Shown here: positions 50,790 through 64,000 of the stretch, piece after piece
Position numbering within the stretch: the stretch's first letter is position 1
Layout of the letters: each line of letters opens with the position of its first letter
Assembly (NCBI RefSeq): GCF_006345805.1
Contig: NC_043002.1
Coordinates: 43,772,001-43,836,000 of the forward strand
Origin: Octopus sinensis
Lineage: Eukaryota
DNA length: 64,000 bases
Reading direction: 5' to 3'
The notes under the pieces: model-generated
Told to the model about the DNA's origin: nothing
The model's database searches: none
The model's input: the letters and a program-made list of their open reading frames with translations, nothing else
Translations under genes and position numbers: made by a program

Positions 50790-51685
50790 GTGTTTCTCTA
50801 GTCCCACTTCCTGGAGTGACTTTGCTAGGTAGGGCGACAATTGGCTGCAGTGTACTGATTCATCTTGGTGCAAATATGTTCGATAAGTCCTGGTGTCATG
50901 AAAAATCTAAGAAACTGGAGTGGTGTGGTCAATGCATCCATATTGTAGACTATAATTCTGGGCCACTCCACAAGTCCGTGTTGCTTCAGAAAATTGTCCT
51001 TCTTTGGGAAATTGACCAGCATATAGCTTCACCGGTATTGTGAGACCCCACCCTCTTCAGCATATGCAGGCAATGGTTTGTCAGGATCCAAGGATGAACT
51101 ACTGTCTAACAATTCCTGCTGGCTGTGGTGGTTTGCCATTGCTCTCACAGTCATATTGCTCCCTGGGCTTGAGTTGTAATCCAACTCACTATCATCATCA
51201 TCATGGGAACACCCTGGTACTGCTTTCTTGTGCCTGTGGACTTTGTTTCAGAGGCATACTGATTGTGAGAAGATTTGTGAAGAGTTCAATAGCAACGTCC
51301 ATGCTTTCTTTTACAAATCACTTTGGTTTATGAAACTAAGTGGAAGTGTTGTTCACTTTTGCAAGCTTCTGAGTGGAAGTAATATTCACTTTTTCACACT
51401 AACAACAGAGATGTGTATGACTACACATCAATCATGTGCATATAACCTCATCTTTGGTCTTCACATAACAATAACCAAAAAGACCAGCTTATCTGAAATT
51501 CCAAACAGAAATGTAGGTTGTGGCCATAGTTGTATTCTGCTGTCATCAGAAATTCCTGACAGAAAAGTAGGCTGCGGCCGTAGCCACTATGCAGCTGTAC
51601 ACTAATATGGCAACAGCCTCTGTCGTAGTCTGGCCACATACACAGTGTTTTGATGTACTCAGTACCTCTTCCCGTCTGCAAAGGG
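50790..51685 (-). mobile_element. piggyBac transposon 5' fragment with transposase N-terminal remnant
   Basis: End is aaaggg|TTAA at 51685. Minus-strand DALTTPLQFLRFFMTPGLIEHICTKMNQY (50825-51022) resembles the conserved piggyBac N-terminal helix and is preceded by an acidic tract. Confidence 0.65.
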
Positions 51686-52193
51686 TTAAGCAAGTACACT
51701 TTCATTCACAAAAAATGTTTTATGTGTCTAGGAAGAGAAATGTGGTCTTGGGTTCACTCCAGCTGTGCAGCATGTTGAACAAGTGCCTTTGATTATATAG
51801 CCTTTGACTGCCCAAAGCCTTGTGACTGGATTTGGTAGAGGGGAAACTGAAAGAATCCTGTCCTGTGTGTGTCTTTGTCTAGACATTGTGTGATGGTTGT
51901 AAATGAGTGCCTTTATTATACAAGTGATGTTGTTTGCTTCCAGTCTTTCATGAAAAATGTGTCTGGATATGGGGAAATATTATCTTGCTTGGAAACAGGT
52001 GGAGGTTAGCAACAAGAAGAGCATCTGGCCATAGGAAATCGCTTACAATAAATTCTATCTGACCTATGCAAGTATTAAAAAGTGAATGTTAAATTCTAAT
52101 GATGATGATCGCTTTCTGGTAGCCATCTTCACATTTGTCATTTATATAATAATGATTCTCATATTTCAAACTGTGTTACTTTTGCTATTTCAG

Positions 52194-52259
52194 TCTTTGA
52201 AAGATGACACTAAAGAAAATGAAAAACCTTCTCAAGAAACTAATGAAAAAACACCTGAT
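52194..52259 (+). CDS. TRAF3IP1: TRAF3IP1/IFT54 coding exon, SLKDDTKENEKPSQETNEKTPD
   Basis: tatttcag|tct...gat|gtaagt, 66 nt, phase 0-0, same charged composition as the neighbouring exons. Confidence 0.78.
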
Positions 52260-52535
52260 GTAAGTTGGTTGTTCCAAAGTTACTATTTGAACCATTCAAT
52301 ACATATATTTATTATTTAATATTTACTGTTCTTTTGTGTCTTTGTTTTTTTTTTCAGTGACTTGTAGAAATAATATGATAAATTGGAAGTATTTATTAAC
52401 TAGAACATATCTTAATGGTGTATTTTATTTCAGTTATTTTGAGGGTGGACTGTTTCACATTTACAGTTATTTAGTTTTTCCTTCTTTTTCTTTTTTTTTT
52501 CTCAAGTTTAGTGATATTAGAAATTATTATTTCAG

Positions 52536-52568
52536 CAATCTGAGGAGAGAAAAATGGAAAATAATTAC
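52536..52568 (+). CDS. TRAF3IP1: Candidate 33-nt micro-exon QSEERKMENNY of TRAF3IP1
   Basis: tatttcag|caa...tac|gtagag, phase 0-0, purine-rich and charged. The donor is weak. Confidence 0.4.
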
Positions 52569-52700
52569 GTAGAGTATTTTTCCATTAAATCTCTTTCTGA
52601 TTACAAAAGCAAACATTATTCTCCATGATATCTAGGTAACCATATCGTGCACTTACTTGTAATTCTAAATATTATTAGCTTGTTTCTTCCCTTAATAAAA

Positions 52701-52748
<48 letters not shown>

Positions 52749-53437
52749 AGTGGCTGTGTGCTAAGAAGCTTGCTTCATAACCACATGGTTCCGAATTCAG
52801 TCCCACTGTGTGGCACCTTGGGTTAATGTCTTCTACTATAGCTTCAGGCCAACCAAAACCTTGTGAGTGAATTTGGTAGATGGAAACTAAAAGAAGACTG
52901 TTGTGTATATGTATGTGTGTGTGTATGTATGTATGTTTGTATGTATGTATGTATGTGTTTGTTCGTTTGTTTGTGTGTCTGTCCCCATACCTATTTCTTT
53001 ACTACCCACAAGGGGCTGAACACAGAAGGGACAAACAAGGACAGACAAGCGGATTAAGTCGATTACATTAAACCCCAGTGCGTAACTGGTACTTAATTTA
53101 TCGACCCCGGAAGGATGAAAGGCAAAGTCAACCTCGGCGGAATTTGAACTCAGAACGTAACGGCAGACAAAATACCGCTAAGCATTTCATCCGACGTGCT
53201 AACGATTCTGCCAGCTCTGTCCCCATACCATCACTTGACAACCAATGTTGGTGTGTTTACATCCCTGTAACTTTGCGATTCAGCAAAAGAGTCTGATAGA
53301 ATAAGTACTAGGCTTACAAAGAATAGGTCCTGGGTTCAATTTGTTTGACTAAAGGTGGAACTCCAGCATGGCCACTGAAACAAGTAATAGAGTAAAAAGT
53401 AAAAGTATATATATATATATATATACATACATACATA

Positions 53438-54290
53438 CAAAGTGGCATTAAAAAGCTGCTGGACTAGTTCTGTAGAGCACCAACAGATGGCAGTATGCAG
53501 TTGCATGTGCATTGAGAGTGTGCAGTGACCTTCATGAAGCAGTGTGCTGAGTGACATCTCTGTATTTATTTTGCAAGTTGTGAAATTTATGTTTTCATGA
53601 TCACCTGTATGCTGTAGTCTGTGATTTTGTCATGGATAGGAACAAAGAGTCAATGTAAAACTTTGCGTTATACTTGAAGTGTACTACAGAGGTATTGAGC
53701 ATGCTTTGGCAAGCTTACGGTGACAAGGCAATGAGTGGTATGCAATTTTTCGAGTGCACTTCAAAAGTGGAATGCGATGAGTGACCTGCCATGAGTGTCA
53801 CCTTTAGAAATGTGGTATTGTAAATCAAGAATTCATCCCCCAGGGCCAGACTGTAATAAAAAATTCTACCATGATGTTTTGAAGTGTTTGAGGGAGGACA
53901 TTGGGCGAAAGCGACCGCATTTATGGAGCACAAAAATTTGGATTCTTCACCGAGCTCTCCTCCCTCATGAGTTTCTTTGCCAAAAACAACATGGTATTGC
54001 TTCCATGCCCATGCTATTCACCAGGTTTAGCACCTGTGGACTTCCATCTCTTCCCCAACGTGAAAGTGCAGCTCAAAGGTCACTGTTGTTGAGATCCAGA
54101 GTAAATCGCAGAAAGTCCTTGACTTGCTTACAGAAAATGACTTTCAGGCTGGATTCCAAAAGTGGCCAGAATGGTGGGACAAGTGTAGTGCTGTGGAAGA
54201 TGACTATTTCAAAGATGATGTTAAAACCTAGGTAAATAAGTTATTTTTTGTTAAATATAACTAGTTCAGGAACCTTTTTAAACTACCTTG
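53438..54290 (+). mobile_element. mariner transposon, deleted; same family as 34556-35596
   Basis: TA-flanked degenerate TIRs, CYSPGLAPVDFHLFPNVKVQLKGH, and a shared 5' region (actagttctgtag...gcagtgtgctgagtgacat). Confidence 0.85.
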
Positions 54291-56213
54291 TATATATATA
54301 TGAATATATAACTATATCATCATCATCATTGTCATTTAGATTCTGTTTTCCATGCGAGCATAGGTAAGACAGTTTGTCTGGTGCTGGTAAGCTGGAGAGC
54401 TTCGCTAGGCTCCAGTCTGTTTTGGTTTAGTTTCTATGACTGGATGCCTTCCTAACACCAGCCATGTCACAAAGTGTACTGGGAGCATATGTACATGTCG
54501 CCAGCATGAGTGCCTTTCATGTGTTACTGTCACAGGTGCCTTTTATGTGTCACTAGCTTGGGTGCTTTTCATATGTCACAGAGCACTAGCCAGGACTATG
54601 ATCTCACTTCACTTGATATCTCTTCTTAAGTACAGCAAATTGCCAAAAGTCTCAGTCACTTGTCATCACCTCATTATTATTATCATTGCTGCTGCTGCAA
54701 GCTGGCAGAATCATTAACGCACCGTACAAAATGATTAGCAGTGTTTTGTTTGTCTCTGTGTTCTGAGTTCAAATTCTGACTTGGTCTTTCATCCTTCAGG
54801 AGTTGATAAAATAACTACCTGCTGATTGCGGGGGTTAAATTAATCAACTTCCCACTCACCACTGCCTCACCAAAATTTCAAGCATTGAGCCTATATTTGA
54901 AACTATTATCTATGTATTGATATGCTAGAGCTGAATGCCATATACTGTCATGTAGGTGTTTGTTGAAGGGAGAGGCAAAGAGCAAAGAGGGAGAGAAGTG
55001 TTAACAACATGTGATAGGGGGAAAGTAGTAGTTATAAAAGAGTTAAGAAGTTAATTGAAGGAAGAGATGTAGAGTAAGAGAGTCAGAAATACAATGTTTA
55101 ACAGAAGGGTGATGTTCTGGTGATGCATTTAAAGTAATGCAGATAGAAAAAGAGATGAGGTTAGTTATATTAAGAGTGAAAGACAGATAAAGAGAAAGAG
55201 AGAGTGTAGTGATACTATGCCAGCCAATGTATTATGCTGTCATGTGGTTAGTGGAAGTGGGAAGCAAAGAGAAAGAGAGAAATGATAAGGACATGAAGAG
55301 TGGAATGATATGGTTATAAAGTTTGTTGAAGTAAGAGAGAAAAATAAAGAGAAAAATTTAACCTGCTTAATAGACAGAAATTTTAAATATCATATATTAT
55401 TGTGACTGACAAGAAAATAATATTTTATATTGAATTTATTTATATCTTCTATTTGTTCATTTGTTAATCTATTGCTCTATACACTTTGACAAATACATTG
55501 ATGGGCAGATAGAAGTAAAAAGGCTTACATTAAACATTATAATAAACTTATCATAGATAGAAAGATAGATTTTTCAATGAAAGTGAAATAACTTAGCCAA
55601 ATAGCCGTGGATGTTATTTAAAAATTTTTTTTTTTTTTTTTTTTTTGCAATTTGTTATTCAAACTTTGTATTGTTAGACTAGAGAGTTTCGTTGACTGCA
55701 AAGAAAGTAGATATAAACAGACACCTGAACTGAATTGAAATGAAACAACTCTGACTGAGCTTTGTTACTGACAATTATAATGGCAGTAGCACAGCCACAG
55801 CTGATGATGATGATAGTGAAAAGTGCATTTTATTTTTATTGAACTAAATTTTTTATAGTGCCCATCACTTAATGCATGTGCATAAGTGCAATTATTTATT
55901 GTCTGCTCAATTGAAAATTGATATTTGTTTACAAAATATGGATGACAGATGACTTAAGTTAACAAAAACCTGAATGAGACAGTATAGGCAATGACATAAA
56001 GAGAATAAGGTTGAATTGTTAGAACAAGCAGTGTAGAAGGGGAAACGTGTATCAAAGAGAATACAGTGAGTATTTACAAGAGATAAGAGAATGTGCTCAA
56101 GACAGAATAGAAAATGAAAATGAGATCATAAAAACTGTAAAGACATGGTTGGAAGTCCCAACATTGGTGACATAAATATTCTCTGTAATCAATTTATATG
56201 ATTATAGAGAATA

Positions 56214-56606
56214 CTAGCAGTATCGCCTGGCGTTGCTCGGGTTTGTTTCGACCCTTTAGAATTGGAAATTTTGAAAAGTAAACATTTTGCATTATGTAGC
56301 TTGTTATTCTCTTTAAGTGAATATTTTTCTGGTTGAAATACACCGAAAAATGGCGACACAGCAGTAAAAAAATCGTAAGAAATAGGGATTTTCATAGAAA
56401 AAAAGCATCTTTTTGATGTAAATAATTTTTGGTCTTAACATGGTCCAATTTGAATTTTTTTCTTCTACAGAGGGAAGAGCAAGCCTTCTTCTATCATACT
56501 CTCAATTTTAGTCAACTTGTGCCACAGGGTCTCGGAGGAGATAGTGTTAGTTGAGGGCTACCAGACCTGCCATACACAGACAACTTCAGCTTTATATATA
56601 TAGAGA
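56214..56606 (-). mobile_element. Non-autonomous Helitron
   Basis: Minus strand starts a|tctctatatatataaagctgaagttgtctgtg and ends cccgagcaacgccaggcgatactgctag|t. Confidence 0.85.
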
Positions 56607-59195
56607 TGTAATTGAAACTCTGAACTACTGAGAGAATGGATAAGTCATGCTCTCTCAATTACAGCCTTATCCAGAAAAACTTAAAGGATTTTCTTTAATG
56701 AAAATAATGCAGAATATTCAATTTTAAAAGTAGCGCTAATTTTTATAGTTCTATATAAACTTCCAACCATCTGCGGTTTTGTATTTACTGTGGAATTTCC
56801 ACAGGTACGGCTGGTTATTATTATTTTTGATGGTTGTTTTTTAATATAGCTTGTATTGTAAGTTCAGTAGTATGTTCTTGGAAATAGTGAATCCTTAATC
56901 AGGATTTTATTCCAAAATACAGCTGTTTCAACTGATTTATGCCAACTATACTCCTGGGGAACATAGAATTATCAGAACCTTCCATTTTCTCTTTCTGTCA
57001 ATATTTGTAATTTTATGAGATTATATTCAATAACTAGACTGGAACTTTAAACAATCAAAAGCTGTTTAAAATTTCTATTATTGTTTATAATCAGCATAAA
57101 TACCTGTCTTTCCTTTAACTTTTGATTTCCTTGTGTTAGACATGTGGCTACTTTTGAAATGGAAGAGTCATAGGTAATAAAATCTGTATCAAGATATTGC
57201 ACATGCCAACTTTATTAACACTAGAAATTTAAAGGCATTTGTCATTTGTGGTAGGAATTGAACTTAGATAACAGAAACCAAAATCTGATTTGTTTTGTTG
57301 GCAAGTGCTATTTCAACTGACTTGTCCTCTGCCTTTCATGGAAGTTAACATATTTTTCTTCAAATACACTGCCTTTGTTTCAACTGATTTTGATAGTAAT
57401 AGAGACCTTAGTAAAATGACTTTGCCATTATTAAGCTAATGTTTGGAACTCAAATTAACGTAAAATTTTCATGAACATTTGTAATTTAGATGAATTTAAA
57501 ATATGAAGTGTATATCATAGAATGAGGGTCAGTCTCCGGTGGGTTTATGTCAAAAGAGTTGACACCATTTTTGCCTCATTTCTTTCCACCCTCTGCAGAT
57601 TTGGTTCAATATCTTTATCTTATAATCATGTAAGCGCTTACTCTTTACACATTCTTCATGCTATTATCCTTTAACATACAGAAAGAAATCCTTTGTTATT
57701 AACTGATGTAACTCCCTGAATATCTACCCTATCTACTCTTACTACACTGTTTTTTTATTTTTCAATATTCAATTACTTAGGTCATCTAATTAAAGAAAAT
57801 AACAACTATGCTGCTTGAGCCCTCTTAGCAGTTAACAAATTTATTTCCTGAGAGATCTTACAACCAATGAACACTTGTAGATCTAACACATTTGAATCTT
57901 TGATTCTCTATGAATTTGCCAGAGATCCCACTGTATTTTTTGTGTCCTAATATTTTGCATTTCTTCATTGAGTCACTGCACATGCAGCTCAGATTTGTTC
58001 AGCCAAAGCTGAGTGCACAGTATATGCCTTCTTATATTTTTCTACATATCAAGCACAACCAGTTGTCAGATAGCAATAGTATTTATTTTATGCTCTACTT
58101 TTAATTAATCTGGTCTGAGTTACCTTCCTTAATTAGAAAGTGTAGAACTGACCATGTATAAGTACTGTTATTTATAGACATCATTGGCAATACATAGTCA
58201 GTTCTTGTATTATTCTTTCCCTGATTATCATTTGAAAAAATATTCAACTAATCACTATTTTATTTGGATGACAATCATTTCTATTTCTAGCTTTATCTTC
58301 CCTTTTTAATTGCTGGATTGAATTAAATCTATTAACATTATCATCAATTTTATGACTGCTTTCTATGCTAGCATGTGTTGGATATTTTGATAGGATCTAA
58401 CAAATCATAGAATCATGTTTCAGTCTCTCAGCATACTTTATTGCCAACCATTTTACAGAATGTACTTGGTGCTTTCTGATAGCACAGCACTAGTGAGGTT
58501 GCCATGCAAGTTACAAGATGAAAAATCCCCCTTGATTGAGGAGTAGTGGTCACTTTTTGAAAGGTATTGAGAGGTTAAAGTATGATGGGAGGAGCAGCAA
58601 TAGATTTATCATTATGAAGGAGATTCCTAACTACGTCATATTTTACATGAGTGAGTAGGGCTGACTGGAGTGTGTCAGAAAAAGAGATAAATATGGTCAT
58701 AAGTTGTAGCCATAATATAGCATGTCCAAGAAGATGAATAGATGAGAGTGAGGAGACTGAAGAATCAAGAAGGGTGGGTTACATTACAATAGTGTAGGAG
58801 TGAATGAGAGATTAACAGAATCGTAGGGTGGAAGTGGTAAGATGTAGATAGAGGATGAATGGAGTGGATTGGTTAAGTCGTGAAAGTAGTCAAAAGTAAA
58901 TATGTTAAAAGTGAAGGACAGATGTTGATTGGGTATAGCTCAGATGAGAGGAAATGGTGACAGGTAGGACACTGGATGAGGGACCTCAGACGTGTAAATG
59001 CACTTTATGCTTTCTGAACCTCAATCATGCTCTTCTAGTGTAGCTGGGTGGATATTCACAAGTACTGTGTGTGGCCAACCATCTTGGTCCTCTGTCATCT
59101 CCATGAGGCTCAATGTTCTGAGATCATTATATGATCTCAGGATATTGTAATGGTTTACAAATAAATTTGGTTGACAGAAACTGTATGGAAGCCTC

Positions 59196-59226
<31 letters not shown>

Positions 59227-59734
59227 ATGAAGGTGGCTATATGCAATATAAAACCAAAAAGGAAAAATTCAATTGTCGCAAATTGTGACTGATGGTGCAG
59301 AGTAGCACCTATATTACTAGATATAGGAGTCAAAATTAGAGCTGCAAAAAAAAAAAAACACATCTATGCACTGACAGGTAGGATAACTGCCCCACAATGA
59401 GCAAGATCATCATATTGGTATAGTTTCACTTTATTAAAATTAAAGCTTATCAGTAGTTACTATTCCATCACTGGAGTAGTCACCACTGTGTACATATGTG
59501 TGTATGTGTACATATATATATATATGTGTGTGTTTGTGTTTGTTCCCCCTAACATTGCTTGACAACCAAGGCTGGTGTGTTTACGTCCCCGTAACTTAGC
59601 AGTTTGGCAAAAAGAGACCGTCAGAATAAGTACCAGGCTTTCAAAAAATAAGTCCTGGGGTTGATTTGCTCGACTAAAGGCGGTACTCCAGCATGGCCGT
59701 AGTCAAATGACTGAAACAAGTAAATGAGTAAAAA

Positions 59735-59765
<31 letters not shown>

Positions 59766-62700
59766 TGCACACATACATAGTAACACCTCACTTTAAGGGT
59801 ACCCGCTTTACATGACCCCAGGTTTATGAGTTTTATTTTTCAAGCACAAGATCCGAATTTTGAACAAAGTACAAAAGTTTCTACTACTATAATAAATGCT
59901 TCTGTGTGTTACACCGAAAAGCCTCTTTGAAGCAAACAGCTCTAGACTCTAAAAAGAAATCTATAAGTCTGTCTACGAGTGCTTGTGAATTGGCAATCAC
60001 CTGTACAATTGATGGTGTTCTTGAGTCTAGTGTGAGTGAAAGGGATTCAGAAAATGGTTATAATAATATTTTCTATTATAAATGATCTTGGCATTCTTTT
60101 TACTTTACATAAAGTATTCTTTACATTCTACTGTTGTTTTATTGTCATCTATTTAGAAGTATTATAAATTTTATTGGTAAAATATTTTTCTGCGAACGAA
60201 TTACAATTCATAACATTACTACTATGGGAAATTATTGCTCTGTTTTATGAGTGTTCACTTCATGAGCAGTCTCCAAGAACAAATTAACTCGTATATCAAG
60301 ACACTACTTCCTTACAAGTGTTTGTTTATTCACATCCCTGTAACTTAACAGCTCAGCAAAAGAGATCAATAGAATAAAAAAAAAACTAAAAAGCAAACAA
60401 ACAAAAGAGAAATATCTATTGACTTCCTGATAGGCGATACTTCTATGGACAGAAAGCAGTGTGCCATTATTTAGCCCTAAGTTAGTTTTGGTTAAGCAAA
60501 AGCCTGATGAAATGCATTCCAGCCATGACCATAGTGTCTTTCATTCAGATTTGGTGTAAGTCAAACTACTCTACTCAATGTGTCTTCTTAACATAACAGG
60601 ATATAAAAGAGGAAGATTTGGTTAATATTTCTTACAAGTTGAGCAATGAGTTTAGACTGATGGTGATGGAAACATATGTATTTATATAGTCTAATTGTTT
60701 TTAAGTGTCTGTTATGAACTTTACAGCTGCTTTTAGATCAGATATCACACTTTTTCTGTTGTTTGCCTTGTATAGATGAACTTCTGATTACAAAGCTTAT
60801 CCTGTATCTTCAAAGGGTCTCTGAGCTTTTATGAACAATAAGGTTATTCAAATGGATTCTTCTTTGCTAAAACAAATATCTAGCATAAGTATCTATTGTA
60901 TAAAATTGCATTAAAAAAAAGATGGTTGAATAATGTATCTTGCCACATAGTACCAATAACTTTGTTTAAATCTGAGACACTTGTGCCGGTAGTTTATCAA
61001 TTATTCAAGTAACATAGTTACCTCTCTAGCACAGACAACACTGAATGTTCTGGTATGATCACATTTAGTTTCATGTTGCACATCTAAAAGAATTATATTC
61101 AGTTCTCCATCTTCAGTTGCTGTAAATGGTTTTTACAGTCCATATTTTACAACTTGTAGCTTACAAATTAGAGATTAACTTAACTATATCAGTGCAGTTA
61201 ACATATTTGAAGAAGGAACTATTTTTGGTCTACTCAAGATTCTGCTACATGTCTTGAATAACGAGTGCCCATGCAGCATGAAAAAGGCACCTTCTCCTTA
61301 TTCTATATACTGAGCATAGTTATTTCTGGTTCAAAATTTCAAAGTTCTTAGAACTGTCTGAACAAGAAAACAATCGAAACCTCCAAGAAAAAATTAAAAA
61401 TTTTTTCAGATATTATGAAAGTAGTTGTCTTCTGTTGAAGAACAGATGTTTTCTACTTGAAGGAGTCGAATAATGTTAGCAATTTGAAAAGATGATTAAT
61501 GATTCATGATCATTGTCTTCATATTTCAAGTTCAATAAAGTTTTTAAGGTAGATAAGAATGTGTGTGCACGCATGTGTGTGTGTATTGTGAATCAGAAGA
61601 ACTGGAATAAATTTAAATATTACAAAATTTAGAAGTAAGTGAAAAAAACAGAAGGTAAATACATTCCTTCTATGCTTTTAATGTGTGGGGAAAAGTTGTG
61701 GATAGTATCCTGATGGATCATTTCACAGTTCATTGTCAACTCTTTAGAGAAAATATCTCTATTTTCCTTCCCCAATCAGTATCATAGAATATTCAACAGT
61801 ATCATAGAATATTCATATTATATGAAACTGTCATAGATTTGGTTAGCACCCTAGCGGCTAGCTTAATTTGCTTATTTCTGATTTTGACAGTTCATTCTTT
61901 AAACTATATATATATATATAGCCTCTCAACGCCTGGCATAAGGCCACTTTCCCTCTTAAATATTTACCTCTCAGTTAGTCAAGGGGATTCTTTTGTATTC
62001 TTTTCCTGTCTTGAAAGTTACTTGGTGACCTCACTTGTACTGGTGGCACAAAAAAAAAAAGTATTCAGTATTCACTGTAAAGTGGCTTGCATTTGGAGCT
62101 CAGTACAACCCTGCAGCTCATCACATCCTATCAAATTGTCCAATCTACGCTAGTGTGTAAAACGAATATTAAATTATGATTGTATCTATATATGGATGGA
62201 TGTGTGTGTGCATATATATTGTATATAGAATAGCTACAGGTGTGACTGTATGGTTAAGAAGTTTGCTTCCCAACCACATGGTTTTGTTTACAGTGTCATT
62301 ACATGGCACCTTGGGCAAGTGTCTTCTACTATAGCCCCAGGCTGATCTAAGTCTTGTAAGTTTGGTTGACAGAAACTGAAACAGACATTTTATATATAAG
62401 TACATGTGTGTATAAATTTGTAATTCCTTGTCATGACTTCATATGCTTGTTGTAAATGAATATCATTCATTTCCAATATCCTGCAAGAAATGTCTGACCA
62501 TAGGGAAATATTATTTTGCTTGCAAACAGGCTAGGGTTGGTGACAGGAAAGGCATCCAGACTTAGAAAATCTGATTTTATTAATTCTGTCCAACCCATGC
62601 AAAGTATAGAAAAGTGGATGTCACAATGGTGATGATGATATCACAACTGTCCAATGAACAGGAACATGAAACTCTGAGTAACAGTTCTGTGGTAATTTTG

Positions 62701-64000
62701 CAGCTTTAATAAAAAGTGTGTGTATATATATATAAAGAAGCATTGGTTTGTAGAAGAAACATTAAATTTGTGTCAACAACTTTGCATACAACACCATCCC
62801 TCAAACATTTAATCACATATAAAAAACGCCATGGTCTACGAACACATAAAAGAAATAATACATATGCATAAAATCACTGAAGGTAAAAATATATATTCTA
62901 ATAAAAGACAAATAGAACAGCTTACCAAAAGATAAATATAGTGACTAAAAATTCAAAATTACCAGAAAGCCTAATGCTCTACCGCACTCACATCTTATTT
63001 ACACAATCTGAAGAGGAATAATAAGAGTTATTCTCTGGAATGGTCCATTATTTCGAGAGCCCCTTACTTCAGAGTAAATATAAATAAGTGTAAGTTGTGT
63101 GTAAAGGAATCCCTTGCAATCCTTAAGTCTTTTTGGGCCCAAAACTTTAAATAGATTTACTGAGGTGATCCCTTTTTGCAACTATAGGATTTTGTCCACC
63201 TTTTTGAAATTATATAGAAATAAAAATAGATGTAATAAAATTGTTTAGCATTACCGGGATTTGAAACCAGTGAGGTTAAATTTCTGTTAATTACAGCCAC
63301 CTGAGTGTTTAGCAATAGTCTCTTCTTTTTTTTTTTTTTCTACAGAAAATTTGGACTGGTTCGCTGATGGGTACTTCTTAAATTATATAAGCTTTTCATA
63401 AAAAGTTGTGATCTGTGTGTGTTTCCTGCTTGATTGCGAAGTGTTGTTGTTTTTTGTGCCACTTTGCAATGGTTTATGTGATTGTGCTGTCCCTCAGCGT
63501 TTTGAGGAGAGATGGCTGAATCTGGGAAGAAAAACATGTTTTATTTGGACCTGTGTGAATCAGAGATGTTGGCTTCGAAATCAATAGTTCTCTTGCTCAT
63601 GTAGAGATTTAGGAGTATTTTCTTTCAACCTCATCACATAGCCACATATTTATACCTTTCAATTTAAATGAAGTCTTCACTGATTCATTATATTGCAATT
63701 CTGATAACTCCTCTTGGTAATTGAACTGCATCATCAGAACTGTCAATCAGCAGTGGTTGAGTTAACCAAGGCAAAAAGAAAAAAAAAATTCATTGCCTTC
63801 AAATCACAAAATCTGTTGTTGAAGTCATTTATTAAGATATTAAAATGGTCAATAGTTACAATGGCAGCATCATTTACTCAACAAGTATAACTGACTGAAA
63901 TTTCTTTTGGAAACATTTGTTTGGCATATTTCAAGGGCTGTAATGAATCCAAATATCTTTGCTTTCATGTCAACAAGAGTCATATTTGCACCTTGGAGTT

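Noticed and set aside
54930-58990. Purine-rich stretches (54930-55350, 55950-56150, 58560-58990) as coding or functional
   Set aside because: No open frames or motifs. They are most likely very old retroelement debris that I cannot classify.
63346-63400. Strong acceptor (poly-T tacag) as the next TRAF3IP1 exon
   Set aside because: The phase-0 frame stops after 11 codons (KIWTGSLMGTS*), there is no frame-preserving donor, and the peptide does not resemble IFT54.

Overview
AT-rich, repeat-dense animal genomic DNA. The SINE repertoire looks cephalopod (octopus-like); that is recognition, not a database result. The only host gene I can support is TRAF3IP1/IFT54 (MIP-T3) on the + strand. Five convincing coding exons lie between 42567 and 52259, encoding the C-terminal half of the calponin-homology domain and a Lys/Glu/Arg/Ser-rich linker, and a candidate 33-nt micro-exon follows them. 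The gene continues past the window end, and its expected N-terminal coding exons were not found. The rest is intronic/intergenic mobile DNA: four short-retroposon families; remnants of hAT, Tc1/mariner (mariner, maT-like, Tigger/pogo), piggyBac and Helitron transposons; decayed CR1-like, RTE-like and R4/Dong-like LINEs; a possible solo LTR; MITEs; and microsatellites. Most ORFs in the supplied track are repeat-derived noise. The most interesting unexplained structures are a 550-bp fold-back with hammerhead-ribozyme-like cores in both arms (3405-3955), a three-arm alternative hairpin (19243-19688), a 66-bp VNTR module inside an RTE-tailed retroposon, a duplicated mariner end plus flank, and the all-phase-0 modular linker exons of IFT54. 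I found no clearly new protein-coding system.
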